Positions 1 to 11,517 of a stretch of DNA of 64,000 bases are shown piece after piece. This stretch comes from Eledone cirrhosa (taxonomy: Eukaryota), in the NCBI GenBank assembly GCA_964016885.1, contig OZ024747.1:23808001-23872000 (forward strand), in the 5' to 3' direction. The notes beneath the pieces are model-generated. The model was not told the DNA's origin. It worked only from the letters and a program-made list of their open reading frames with translations, and made no database searches. Position numbers and translations under genes: made by a program. Each line of letters opens with the position of its first letter. Position 1 is the first letter of the stretch.

Positions 1-96
1 CACCTTGCGGGGCTCCTTTTCCAGATGGGCTGCTGATGTTCCAATCTTGCGGAGGAGCTTGCACGTGTTTCTTTCAAATGCAGAAGGAAGAAGCAT
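1..96 (-). CDS. Possible first coding exon of an unidentified gene (mitochondrial-presequence-like N-terminus), runs off window
   Basis: ATG at 96-94 opens MLLPSAFERNTCKLLRKIGTSAAHLEKEPRKV to base 1; GC-richer than flanks; possible acceptor (ttttgtattctaaag) near 119. Family not recognised. Confidence 0.35.
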   Translation of the reverse strand, partial: MLLPSAFERNTCKLLRKIGTSAAHLEKEPRKV

Positions 97-190
97 TTTA
101 TTCCATTGTATTGAAATCTTTAGAATACAAAATCTATCCCTTTGTAAGAAAAGAAGATATATTTGAAATACTTTATTAATAGTATTAATT

Positions 191-510
191 CAGGGGCGTG
201 CAACAGGCAGCCACGGACATCAATCCGGCCCGCCAGACCAGTCAGAGTGGCTTGTGATGACCGTTTTAATTTTTTTTTTACCTTGTAGGCTTATTTAGAA
301 TTTATTTTCGTAACTATAATACAATTTTCTTAGTTAGTTGACCTAAAGGGCTTCGCTGATAGGGTTATGTGTGTTATAATTTCCCAGTTCCATGTTATGG
401 AAAGAAGCTGTGGTGAATCTTTAGAATAGTGCTTAATAAATATTAATGGCCCTAATAGTTGTTCTAATGTTCAAAAGTGGTCTGCCAATGGAATATTTTG
501 CACACCCCTG
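191..510. mobile_element. hAT-type MITE
   Basis: TIRs CAGGGGCGTGCAA (191-203) and TTGCACACCCCTG (498-510); 8-bp TSD tattaatt/tattaatc. Confidence 0.8.
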
Positions 511-589
511 TATTAATCCATTTATCCGACATATACGATGAAAGATCTTTTTCATGATAAGAAAACAACAACAACAACACACCACCATA

Positions 590-815
590 TAAATTCGTAT
601 TTAGTATGTATAAGAACCCACTTCATAATATTATGTTGAATAACTTTGAAAATGATTTGTTTAATATGATAAAAAATATCAAATTTGAAAAAAAAACTTC
701 CAAATATTATAACTCTTTCTTGAAACAATTTAAAAAACAATTTAAAAAACAATTTAAAAAAAACAAAAAACAAGAAAATACTTGTACTTGCTGACAAAAC
801 TAAAAATATATATAC
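590..815 (+). mobile_element. Degenerate Penelope-like (Naiad/Chlamys-type) retroelement fragment
   Basis: NFENDLFNMIKNIKF...NSFLKQ and frameshifted ILVLADKTKNIY resemble the PLE RT N-terminal region (ADKT motif); recognised from memory. Confidence 0.5.
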
Positions 816-1086
816 TACGGTTTTTAATGTAGTGTTTATCAACAACACTATATGCGTAATGTTCTGAAAGAATTGCGAGCAATTTATAACGTAATTTATG
901 CATTGGTAACTGTGTATAAAAGTATTTAGTGAAAAAAAAAAAAGTGAAAAAAACAACTTTATCTACAAAGAACTATAATAAACCCTACGGTTTGGTAACA
1001 GTTTCATTACCATATTTCCAGTGAAAACACAACCTCTGATTTTCAAATAGTTTTGAAAATAATCAAGAATTTAGAGAGATTTAATA

Positions 1087-1295
1087 ATGATTTCTAATTT
1101 AGACAAAAGACCAACAATTTGTTGGGGGTAGAGGAAAGTTGATTATATTAACCCCAGTACTTTTCTGGGACTTTATTTTATCAATCCTGAAAGGATGAAA
1201 AGAAAATCGACCTCAATATGATTTGAACTCCGAACATAAAGAACCAGAACAAATTCTGCAAAGTATTTATCTGATGATCTGACTCTAATTCATTG
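1087..1295 (-). mobile_element. Degraded tRNA-derived SINE
   Basis: Same core as 11062-11454 (ttttatc..cc..aaggatgaaa...gatttgaactc); flanked by duplicated gaatt(t)agagagatttaa. Confidence 0.65.
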
Positions 1296-2562
1296 AATTA
1301 GAGAGATTTAACTTTATGACAAACTACATAAAATTATGATGGATGATATTTGAAAGAAAATATAAACACTTTAAAATAAACAGGATATATTATAACCAAT
1401 GGACATTGCCTGGCAACTTTCTGTACATCAATGACCTACTTGCTGCCACTTCTAAAAATCCACCAATAATAAAACTCTCCTTCACTTTCTACCTACAGGA
1501 ATCATTCATTTACAGTCTTAATGTCTCCATTATGTATACACTGAATACATGAACAGATACATAAAGAATATCCAACGTGATATCAGTCAACAATACACAC
1601 ATCAAGGAGGTTTCTAGGCAAATTAATCTACAACAATTCATACTAAAAAATTATATGTATATGTATATTATATATTTATATTTGTTTTTATATATATATT
1701 GTTATACTTGGGGAGGGTCATATTGTTGTAATAATATTGCCAGAAATAATAACAGAACACACCGACTGTTTGGTTGGTTTTCGTTTCTATATCTTTTATA
1801 TCTCCACAGTTAATTCATTTGGTCCTCAATGTTTATCCTTGACTGACCAACGGTCAAAAATACAGATATAAATACATATATATATTCTAACAAAGTTCTT
1901 TCATTGCACATCTGCAACATCATCAGTGGTACTATTATGTTTCCTCCTGTTGTATTGTATGTATTGTGTATGTGTATACATATATGTATATATATTTATA
2001 TATATATACAGGGTGTCCCAACATATATATATATATGTGTATGTATGTATATATATATATATACATACATACACATATATATACATACATACACATATAT
2101 ATATATATGCTGGGACACCCTGTATATATTATTACAACAATATGACCCTCCCCAAGTATAACAATATATATATATATAAATATATAATATACATATACAT
2201 ATAATTTTTTAGTATGAATTGTTGTAGATTAATTTGCCTAGAAACCTCCTTGATGTGTGTATTGTTGACTGATATCACGTTGGATATTCTTTATGTATCT
2301 GTTCATGTATTCAGTATATACATAATGGAGACATTAAGACTGTAAATGAATGATTCCTGTAGGTAGAAAGTGAAGGAGAGTTTTATTATTGGTGGATTTT
2401 TAGAAGTGGCAGCAAGTAGGTCATTAATGTACAGAAAGTTGCCAGGCAATGTCCATTGGTTATAATATATCCCGTTTATTTTAAAGTGTTTATATTTTCT
2501 TTCAAATATCATCCATCATAATTTTATGTAGTTTGTCATAAAGTTAAATCTCTCTAATACAA
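1293..2562. repeat. Large inverted duplication (~440-bp arms 1293-1737 and 2126-2562)
   Basis: Arms are reverse complements apart from a few substitutions and a microsatellite indel; mirror ORFs 1343..1552+ and 2303..2512- are nearly identical. Confidence 0.95.
2009..2122. mobile_element. Minimal Tc1/mariner-like MITE
   Basis: TIRs CAGGGTGTCCCA and TGGGACACCCTG flanked by TA; interior is TA/CA microsatellite. Confidence 0.6.
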
Positions 2563-2589
2563 CGTATAACAGAAGACTCAAGCCGACAA

Positions 2590-3290
2590 CCCTGTCTAGC
2601 CCACACCAGAAGCTTAGTTTGTGATTAGGAAGGGCATTAAGCAGCCGTAAAAACCCAGTCAAAACATGGTCCTACTATGTGCAAGGAACCGTGTGGCAAC
2701 TGGTAAAAATTTGTCTCATAACAGTACCACCCAGCCCCATACTGTAAACATGGTTGGTATTAGAAAGGACATCCAGCTGTAAAAAAAATCCCAGCGAAAA
2801 TACGGTTCCATTTTTGAGTAAGTTAAGCTGCAGCAAATTGGCCAGACTTGCCTCATAACGAAACCACTCAGTCCCACACTGTAAACGTGATTGAGGTTTA
2901 GGAAGGGCATCCAGCAGTTGTAAAAGCCCTGCCAAACCACAGTCCTACTATGAGCAAGGAACAGCGCAGCCAACTGACCCGACTTGCCTCATAACAAGAC
3001 CACCAAATGTAAACACCCTGCCAAAACACAGTCCTGCAATGAGCAAGGTATGGCGTGGCCAACTGACCAGACCTTCCTCATAAAGGGACCACTCAGTTCT
3101 ACACGGTAATTGCGGTTGGTGTTAGGAAGGGCATCCAGCTGTAAAAAAACAAACAACCAAAACACAGTTCTGTTTGAGCACGGTACGGCGTGGCCAACTG
3201 ACCATATGTGTGTCATAACGTGGACAACCCATCTAAGCCATGCAAGCGTGGAAAAATAGATGTTAAACGGTGATGATGATGATGAAGATA
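2590..3290 (+). mobile_element. Tandemly multimerised RTE/SINE 3' tail
   Basis: Four copies of ttagga(a)gggcatccagctgtaaaa-like motif followed by one (GAT)n tail at ~3271-3285. Confidence 0.7.
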
Positions 3291-4329
3291 AGTTTCAACT
3301 TTTAGATATTAACACAGCTGCTGTAGATCTAACACATGTAATATCTACAGCAGTTCTGTTAATATCTACCATGTTGTGCTTCCCGATAATCCCCTTTTTT
3401 ATTTATTTTTTTTTTTCCAATGAGTTATTTGTAGCTGTGTACTTACGTTAGAAATGATTATTTGTATGTGTATCATTCAAAGCGACAAAATTTCAAGATA
3501 CACAATTCATATAAAAGAGCACAAGGGCCATAACTGTTATATTCCATCAAAGGGAGAAAATACATTCGAAGGGTACAACATTGGCAGAAATGATTAGTCC
3601 TTCCCCATCTCTCTTTCTTTCCTTTCTTTTCTTTTTCTTCGTTTCATTTTCTTTTTCTCCTTTCCATTTTCTTTTTTTCTTTTTTCTCCCCCTTTTCTGT
3701 TCCCTTTAATTGTATGTTGTGCTTTTCTTAGACTTTTCACAATATGTCATTGACAACTAATAAAAAAAAAAAAGGATGCGAAAAACATAAAATGAAGAAC
3801 TTCCAGTGATAATTGTTGCATCAGTTATTTCACCTCATTGAATTCCTACTTGCAATGTAATTTAGCAGAGGAAAACAGCAGTCTAGGGATGAAAGACACT
3901 GTATATCTTGATGGTAACCTGCACAAAATGGAAATGGCTAGTCAGTGTAAAATGCTTAATTAAACGCGTCTTTTAATATTTCGATAATTGGCACCCTTTA
4001 GAGTGTTGGATAGTTGTTCTCAGTTCAAAACCTTCCATCGTCTAATTTATCTTTCATCATTTTGGGGTTGATAAAGAAAATACCACTCCAGTGCTGGTGG
4101 AGCTCTCTCTCTCTCCTTTTTTTTTTTTTTCGATCTATCATATTTCTGCTGGATCAAGAAAATAGGGATCGAGAAGATGTCTGTGGCTACTTGCGATGGT
4201 ATGGGTTCTTAAAATGAAAGCACAATACAGACTACAAAGTCCTATTTGATTGCCAGTGACAGCTGTTGTGTGTGTGTGGCGACTTTAGCTCGTCAATGGT
4301 ACTCGGGCTTTGCACAATCTTTTTCCAAA

Positions 4330-4630
4330 ATTTAGCAAAGATACAATTTAGACTACCATATTCCATAAATGCATTTTAGCATCTGACTACAATGAGTAGC
4401 CAATGCATTTTAGCATCTGACTACAATGAGTAGCCAATGCAGAAGATATTGACCACCTCCATTTCGTGCTGGTTACCGTTGATACCTCTGGCGTCCTCGG
4501 TAGTTAGACAGCCTTTTTCCTGGCATCCCACCCCAAGAAAAAAACCTGTGAAGTGGAATGACTGCCTATTCTATGCAGCAATTTTTTGCCACCTTGTCTG
4601 CGAGGCGCCACAGAAATATACAACCTAGAG
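4330..4630 (+). mobile_element. Possible L1/Tx1 C-terminal zinc-knuckle remnant, with 34-bp tandem duplication
   Basis: EDIDHL-like motif at ~4440; aatgcattttagcatctgactacaatgagtagcc occurs twice. Confidence 0.25.
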
Positions 4631-5229
4631 GATATAGGGTCTGCCTCATCCCTTTCCCCTTCCATTTTTATCATTATTTTTCTCCCCCATCTCTTTTCTC
4701 TCTTTTTTAAAATACTTTTTATCATATAACTATTTTCTTTAATAAACACGTAATTAAACATTTATTTCAAGGGAGATAACTTCGTAATTTCTTATTTATG
4801 CAAGTGATTTACTTTTTTTTTTCTTTTGCTGGTTTAAATCATTTGGCTACGGCTTGAAGGGATTTGGTTGATCATATCGACTCCAGGTACTTATTTTATC
4901 TCTCTCCCTTTACCACAAGGTTACTTTATGGGACATCATCATCATCACCGTTTAACGTTTATTTTTCCATGCTTGTGTGGGTTAGACAGGTTGTCACATT
5001 TTGAGGCTAGATTGGACAGGTGACCATGTCTTGCTCGTACGAATCAGGGCCTTGTCGGTTTTCTCACTTACTAGGACTTTAGCTAAATTAACTTTGAAAC
5101 CTTTTGATTTCAGGTTTTTATTCCAAACTGGAATTCCTTTTCTAGTTTCACAGCAGATTCATGAAAGCACTCTAGCAAGAGAGACTTTATTTTCACCAGA
5201 AGTCAAGATAGACTGAAGGTTGCAAACAT

Positions 5230-6470
5230 AAAGACTTTCCCAGGTGATGAATGCACCCCGCATTCCAACATAAACTAGTAGCTAGCGACTTTAAAATTAG
5301 AGCTATACACACAGAGACAGAAGGCAATTTGGATAAGAATGATATGGAAGCTAAAGGTGCTCTTGACTCAGGACAAGTACAGGGATGTCTTTAACTGACT
5401 TGGATGAAGCAATTAAAGCTAAGAAATAGGCATGGAAAGACTGGCAAAATGGGGAAAGCAAAGAATGATACCAAGAAAATAGGCACCAGCTAGAAGGGAA
5501 GTAAAAACTAAGAAGTTTGCACATGTTCTGTGCAGTGAAGACCTTGAGAAATCTTTTGACATGGCACATTGCACCATAATCTGGTAGGCTCTTAAGAAAC
5601 TGGGGTAGATGAATGGCTTGTGAGGGCTTTGCAAGCTATATTCAGGGAGACAGTCAGCAAAGTAAGGATTAACAATGAATATAGTGAAGAATTCAGTGTG
5701 CACATGAGTGTCTACCAGGGTTTCGTCCTTAGCCCCCTCCAGACTGACTGCCCATGGGAACTCTTGTATGTAGATGACCTAGTTCTCATAACTGAATTCA
5801 TTTTGGAACTGGAGAAGAAATTCCAGTCTCGGAAGCAAAACATGGAATCAAAAGTCAATTTAGTCAAGATTAAAGTCCTAATAAGATAGGTAACAGGGAC
5901 CTGATACCATCAGGGTAATGGCTAAACTCAATATGCAAAAAAGAACTGGTTGAAATTCTATATAGTGTACAAAATATAAGCTATGGGTACACAAGAGATT
6001 TAGCAGGATTTCAGGCATGCTAACAAATAATGTAGGCTATGTGTGTGGTTGGTGCACAGGAGCAGTAAGTAGCAAGTGCCCACACAAAACAGGGGTGCTC
6101 TGATGACTCCTTAGAAGTGGTTGACTTTAGTGACTGCATAAGCTGTTGGGGAGGGTGTTTCAAAAGTACAGTAGCTAGAGTAAGAGCTGGGTGTAAAAAG
6201 TTCAAGGAACTATTACTTTTCTGGCTACAAAGAGCTTCTATCTCAAGACAAAAGGTGCACTTTATGTTGCTTGTGTAAGAACTGTGATGCTGCATGGAAG
6301 TGAGACTTAGGCCTTGTAGACAGAGGATCTGCAAAGACTAGAAAGAAATGAGAAGAGCATGTTACAATGGATGTGTGATGTCAATGAACTGAGAGAAAAG
6401 CTGAGCATAAGTGGGATTAGATGCAGTGTACAAGAAAGAAGACTGCTGGTATGAACATGTAGTGTGAATG
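5230..6470 (+). mobile_element. Degraded RTE LINE fragment
   Basis: VSKVRINNEYSEEF..YQGFVLSPL..CPWELLYVDDL; many stops and deletions. Confidence 0.85.
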
Positions 6471-6489
6471 AAGAATGGCATCCATATAA

Positions 6490-7772
6490 AAAATTTATCA
6501 TGTCATCCCAGGTTATTCTGGGTCTACCTACTCCGTAACTTCCATCAAATTTGATCACCCTGCACTTTTTTATACAACTGTCGTCTTTCATGCGCATCAC
6601 GTGACCATACCAATGTAATCTTCTCATAAGTAAACTGCATTTGATCCCTCTTATTCCTAATTTCTCACTTAGTTCATTTATGTTTTGTCATTCGTGTACA
6701 TTACTATTACACATCCAATGGAGCATGCATGATTCGTTCCTTTCCAGTCTGCACAGGTCCTTTGTTCACAATGTCCATGTCTCACTGCCATGTAACATTG
6801 CTGTTCATATACAAGCATCATACAATCTGCCTTTAATTTTTAGAGAGAAACCTTTTGTGGCCAACAGTGGTATAAGCTCTCTGAACTTTTTCCATCCCGT
6901 TCTAATTCTGGCTACTGTACTTTCAGAGTACCCTCCACCACTGCTGATTTTGTCATCCAGGTAACGGAAAGTGTCCACTATTTCTATAGTACCATCTGGG
7001 CAGTAGAAGGAGCTAGTATCCTGTGGGCACTTGCTACTTATTGCATCTGAGCATCAGCCACATTTAAAATGTACATTCTTAGATAGCTTGCCTGTGATCC
7101 CACTACATCTTTTATGTACCCATAGTTTGCATTTGGGACATACAATGGAATTTCTACCTACTCCTTTCCTACACACTGAGCATGGCCATTTCCCAGAGGG
7201 CACCTGTGTCCTATTTTCCTTTCTACATACTTTAGTCTAGAACTTTAGTCTTAGACAAGTTAACTTTAAGGCATTTTGATTCTAGGCCATGCTTCCATGT
7301 TTCAAATTTCTTCTCTAGTTCAGCCATAAATTCAGCTATGAGAGTTAGATCATCTGCATATAGAAGTTCCCATAGACAGCCGGTCTTAAATTCCTCTGTT
7401 ATAGCCTGAAGGGCAATAATAAACAGGAGGGGGCTGAGGACAGAGCCTTGATGAACACCAACTTTTACGCTAAATTCTTCACTATATTCATTATTAATTC
7501 TAACCTTGCTGACTGTTTCTTTACACATGGCTTGTATAGCTCTCACAAGCCATTCATCTACTCCAACTTTTCTAAGGGCCACCCAGATAATGGAGCGGAG
7601 CACTCTGTCAAAGGCTTTCTCCAAGTCAACAAAAGCTAAGTAGAGGGATTTACATTTAGCTAGGTACTTCTCCTGTAGTTGTTGTACAAGGAAAAGAGCA
7701 TCTGTGGTACTTTTACCTGACATAAACCCAAACTGCATTTCATCTAGATCAATTCAGTCTCTGATTAGTTGT
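6490..7772 (-). mobile_element. RTE LINE fragment (RT domain)
   Basis: QFGFMSGKSTTDALF..AFVDLEKAFDRV..GVHQGSVLSPLLF..LLYADDL; RRLHWYGHVMR. Confidence 0.9.
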
Positions 7773-7964
7773 GGCACACATATATATTACTAGCTGAGCT
7801 ACCCAGTGATTCCTGGGTATTTTATTAAAGTTATGATATTTGACTATTGAAATATGATTGCTGAATTTTAACTAAAGTAGGAATTATAGCAGAATATTTA
7901 TTGCCGTTTGTTTAAAGCAAATCATGTAGATAAAAATATTATTAGTTTTGTCCAGTGGGGATTT

Positions 7965-8530
7965 TTAAAATCATTTCTCTCCAGCTGTCGCATATCCTCT
8001 GCAGTTGCCGCCCATGTCTCACTACCATGCAGCATCGTGCATCTCACACATGCATCATATAACCGTCCTTTCATATGCAGGGAGAAACCCTTCTTTGTGA
8101 ACAAAGGAAGCAGCTCCCTAAGCTTCATCCAACCCGTCCTTATTCTAGATACTATGGCCTCGGAACACCAATGTTAATCTGATCACCTAGGTACCGGAAG
8201 CTATCAACCACTTCTATAGAACCCACCTGCATTGGAAAAATGTGTCTATCACTGTGATTAATACTGCCAATTTCCCCTGTACATATACTGCATATGTAGT
8301 TTTCCCTACCTGTTAGTTTGCCTGCTATCCCATCCCACTACATCTCTTGTGTACCCAAGATCTGCATTGCGTACATTTTATGGAATTTATGCCAGTTCAT
8401 TTCCTACATATCGAACATGGCCATTTCCCTGGTGGAATCGGAGTATCGTCCTCTCTTCTACTTATCAACACTTTTGTCTTAGCTATGTTCACTCTCAGTC
8501 CTCTTAATTCCAACTGTTGTTTCCATTTGG
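7965..8530 (-). mobile_element. RTE LINE fragment
   Basis: LRELLPLFTKKGFSLHMKGRLYDACVRCTMLHGSETW; same subfamily as 43517-44984. Confidence 0.85.
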
Positions 8531-9097
8531 AAAGAGAAATTCATTAACAACGCAACACAAGGAATTGCAGTCAATAAAATAGACCACGGGAATATTAAAA
8601 CCTCTAAAGATTGACTCGTCCAGTTGTATTAAAAATATTGCACTCTTTTACCTCTTCCAGCACATAGGCCGCGGCCATGCTGGGGCACACGCTATATTTA
8701 GAAAAAAGGTGTAACACAATTCTCAGGGAGATTCAGCACGTGACAAGCTTGACGTTTTGAGTTTTATAGGTATGATCTGTGTGATAGGCTTCCAAAGAGT
8801 TTCCGTCAATCCACTATTGAAGTTCTGAATGTGTCGTTTGTCTAACATCTCATAAATATGGCATCATATTGTACTGTCACTTAACACGGAAGCTTGAATT
8901 TTTCCGCATTGTTTGAAGTGTCAACCACTGCCCACCTTTGATCATAGTTATCAGCTTGATCAGGTCTTATCTGTGGGTTAAACAACAACAATAACATATT
9001 ATCAAGATCTTTTTATAGTTTTTATATCAACTTACATCTATATTTAACCACTTGTTCAATACTTTTTTTTTTTTTTGTAAACAATAAGTTTAATATT

Positions 9098-11060
9098 TAC
9101 TAGCAGTGGTACCCGGCGTTGCACGGGATAAGGTATTTTGGAAGGCGGGCTGCCAACAGACCTAATCGTGGAAAAACTGCATGCCTGGACAATATGCAAA
9201 GAAAATAAACCGAATACTCTGATGGCTGGCTAATCTTTAAGATTTTCCTCGATGAAGCAGGAAAAATGCAGGTTTTCACCTAGGGGATCAAGAAAATGAA
9301 TTTTTTTTATGTGCATAATATGCCTTGAAATTTCGGGAAAATCGGCTAGACGTAACGCCTCCAAAAAGCCCTAAAAAGCTGAAAAAAATGAAGTTTTTCG
9401 CCTAATGCGGGCCCTAGGCCATAAAAAAGTTGGATTTTCTTTGCTCCCGGTATGAAGAAGAGACTGACTAATACATAGTTACAATTTCAAGGAAATCAGT
9501 CTGACGTAACGCCTCAAAAAACCCCTAAAAAGCTTAAAAAAACGCAGTTTTTCACCTAATTCGGACCCTAGAAGATCAAAAAGTTGAAATTTTTTATGTG
9601 CACAACACTCCCTGAAACATAAGTAATACACATGTAAAGTTTGAAAAAAATCGGTTGGGTATTCAAACTCACAGACACACACACAGAGACAGACATCCTC
9701 AGGTAAGGACATACAGACAGATATTATAAGGGCGCGACGTTATATGTCATCTGGTGTACCACAGGGATCTGTTCTTGGTCCCCTTTTGTTTGTGGCATAT
9801 ATTAATGACATAGATGCCAACTTACAGAATGCCACGGTACTGAAATATGCAGATCACATCAAGCTGTACCTTGAAATCAAAAGGACTGACCCTGAAATCT
9901 ACAACTCTTTCCTACAATCAGACCTGGACACAATGCAGCAATGGATCACAGACTGGCAACTGAAGCTGGCTGTGGACAAGTGCACCACCATGCATTTTGG
10001 GAGGAAAAATCCAGCGTCCACATACTCCCTCCACAACACTGATATCAAGAAGTCCTCTTGTGAACGTGACCTGGGCATTACTGTCAGCAGCGATTTGCGT
10101 TGGACAAAGCATGTCTCTAAGATTGTCAAGAAGGCCGAGGGTGTCTTGGCATCACTCAGCAAGACCTTTGTTAGCCGCTCTCCAGCCATCTATTTAAAAC
10201 TGTATACAGCTATGGTACGACCACACTTGGAATTCGCATCATAAGTCTGGAACCCCTATCTTGCTCAGAACATTGACCTCCTGGAAACTGTTCAGAGACG
10301 TGCAACCAAGCGCATACCCTCCATCAGACACCTACCATACTCTGAACGCCTTGCTTCCCTGGGCATGGATTCATTGAAGCTCCGACGTCTGGCAATGGAC
10401 TTGGTGAATACCCACAAAGTTATTAACCATCTCGCCAATTGCAACCCTGGGCACCTTTTTGATCTCCATGTGTCTAACACACGTGGACATGCCTACAAAA
10501 TCAGAAGACAGCACAGCTCCCATGACTTTCGTAGACATTTTTTCACGCTCAGAGTTGCTGAAGCATGGAACAAACTGCCTGCGTCAGTTGTTAGCTGCCG
10601 AGACACTACATCTTTTAAGACACTCATGCTTCCCGAAATACGCCAAAACTACACCTGATGTACCCCTTCCATACACATGCACACGTGTGTGTATCATGAC
10701 TCATGCACTGTTCATTTTCCTGACGTTTGTACATTATCCTATGTACTATACATACACTTTTTGATGAGTTGTAGTGCACCTGAGCACTGTACACAATATT
10801 TCATTATTATTATTATTATTATGTATGTATCTATCTATAAAGAGAAAGGCTAAGAATTATAGAGAGAGATCGCTAAATCGTCTAATGTGGTCCCTAGGGC
10901 ATTGAAAATGAAAAAATATTTTTTGGCTCAGAACACTCCCTGAAACATAAGTATTACATGTGTAAAGTTTGAAAACAGTCGGTTGGGTGGTTCTCGAGTT
11001 TTAGGGATTCAAACTCACACACATACAGACAGACATCCTCAGTTTTATATATATATAGAT
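9098..11060 (+). mobile_element. Helentron/DINE-1-like non-autonomous element interrupted by CR1
   Basis: 5' TACTAGC plus hairpin acccggcgttgcacggg; internal tandem subrepeats; 3' (CAGA)-type microsatellite and ttttatatatatatagat end. Confidence 0.6.
9731..10821 (+). mobile_element. 5'-truncated CR1-clade LINE
   Basis: SGVPQGSVLGPLLF..YINDI..YAD..ERDLG..LYTAMVRPHLEFA*VW..VQRRATK..TRGH..FFTLRV..WNKLP; one in-frame stop; (ATT)n tail 10803-10821. Confidence 0.92.
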
Positions 11061-11061
11061 A

Positions 11062-11454
11062 ATTGTTTCTACTTTAGGCACAAGGCCAGCAATTATCCAG
11101 TGCATTACTGGTACTTTATTTTATCGACCCCGTAAAGATGAAAGGCAAAGTCAACCTCGGCGGGATTTGAACTCAGATCGTAAAGGGACGTAACTATGCT
11201 GGAAAGCATGGCGTCCGACCCTCTACCGATACTGCCAATAATAATAATGCTTTCTTTTTAATATTTATAATTGTTTCTACTTTTGGCACAAGGCCAGTAA
11301 TTACCCAGTGCATTACTGGTACTTTATTTTATCGACCCCGTAAGGATGAAAGGCAAAGTTAACCTCGGCGGGATTTGAACTCAGAATGGCAAGGGCCGTA
11401 ACTATGCGTCAAAGCATGGCGTCCGACTCTCTACCGATACTGCCAATCCCCCCC
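11062..11454 (-). mobile_element. Two tandem tRNA-derived SINEs (Meta/MESC-like core)
   Basis: A-box (tggcagtatcggtaga), B-box (gagttcaaatccc), core tttgcctttcatcc..ggggtcgataaaataaagtacc; second copy has 14-bp TSD ttaatatttataat. Confidence 0.85.
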
Positions 11455-11517
11455 TTAATATTTATAATGAAAGATAAATGTATATTGTGTCTTTCCAAAG
11501 CTTCTCTAAAGTTAAAA

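Noticed and set aside
1343-2512. Duplicated 69-aa ORFs
   Set aside because: By-product of the inverted duplication; partly MITE sequence, no recognisable protein.
11160-11240. tRNA genes
   Set aside because: A/B boxes belong to SINE heads; no complete cloverleaf.
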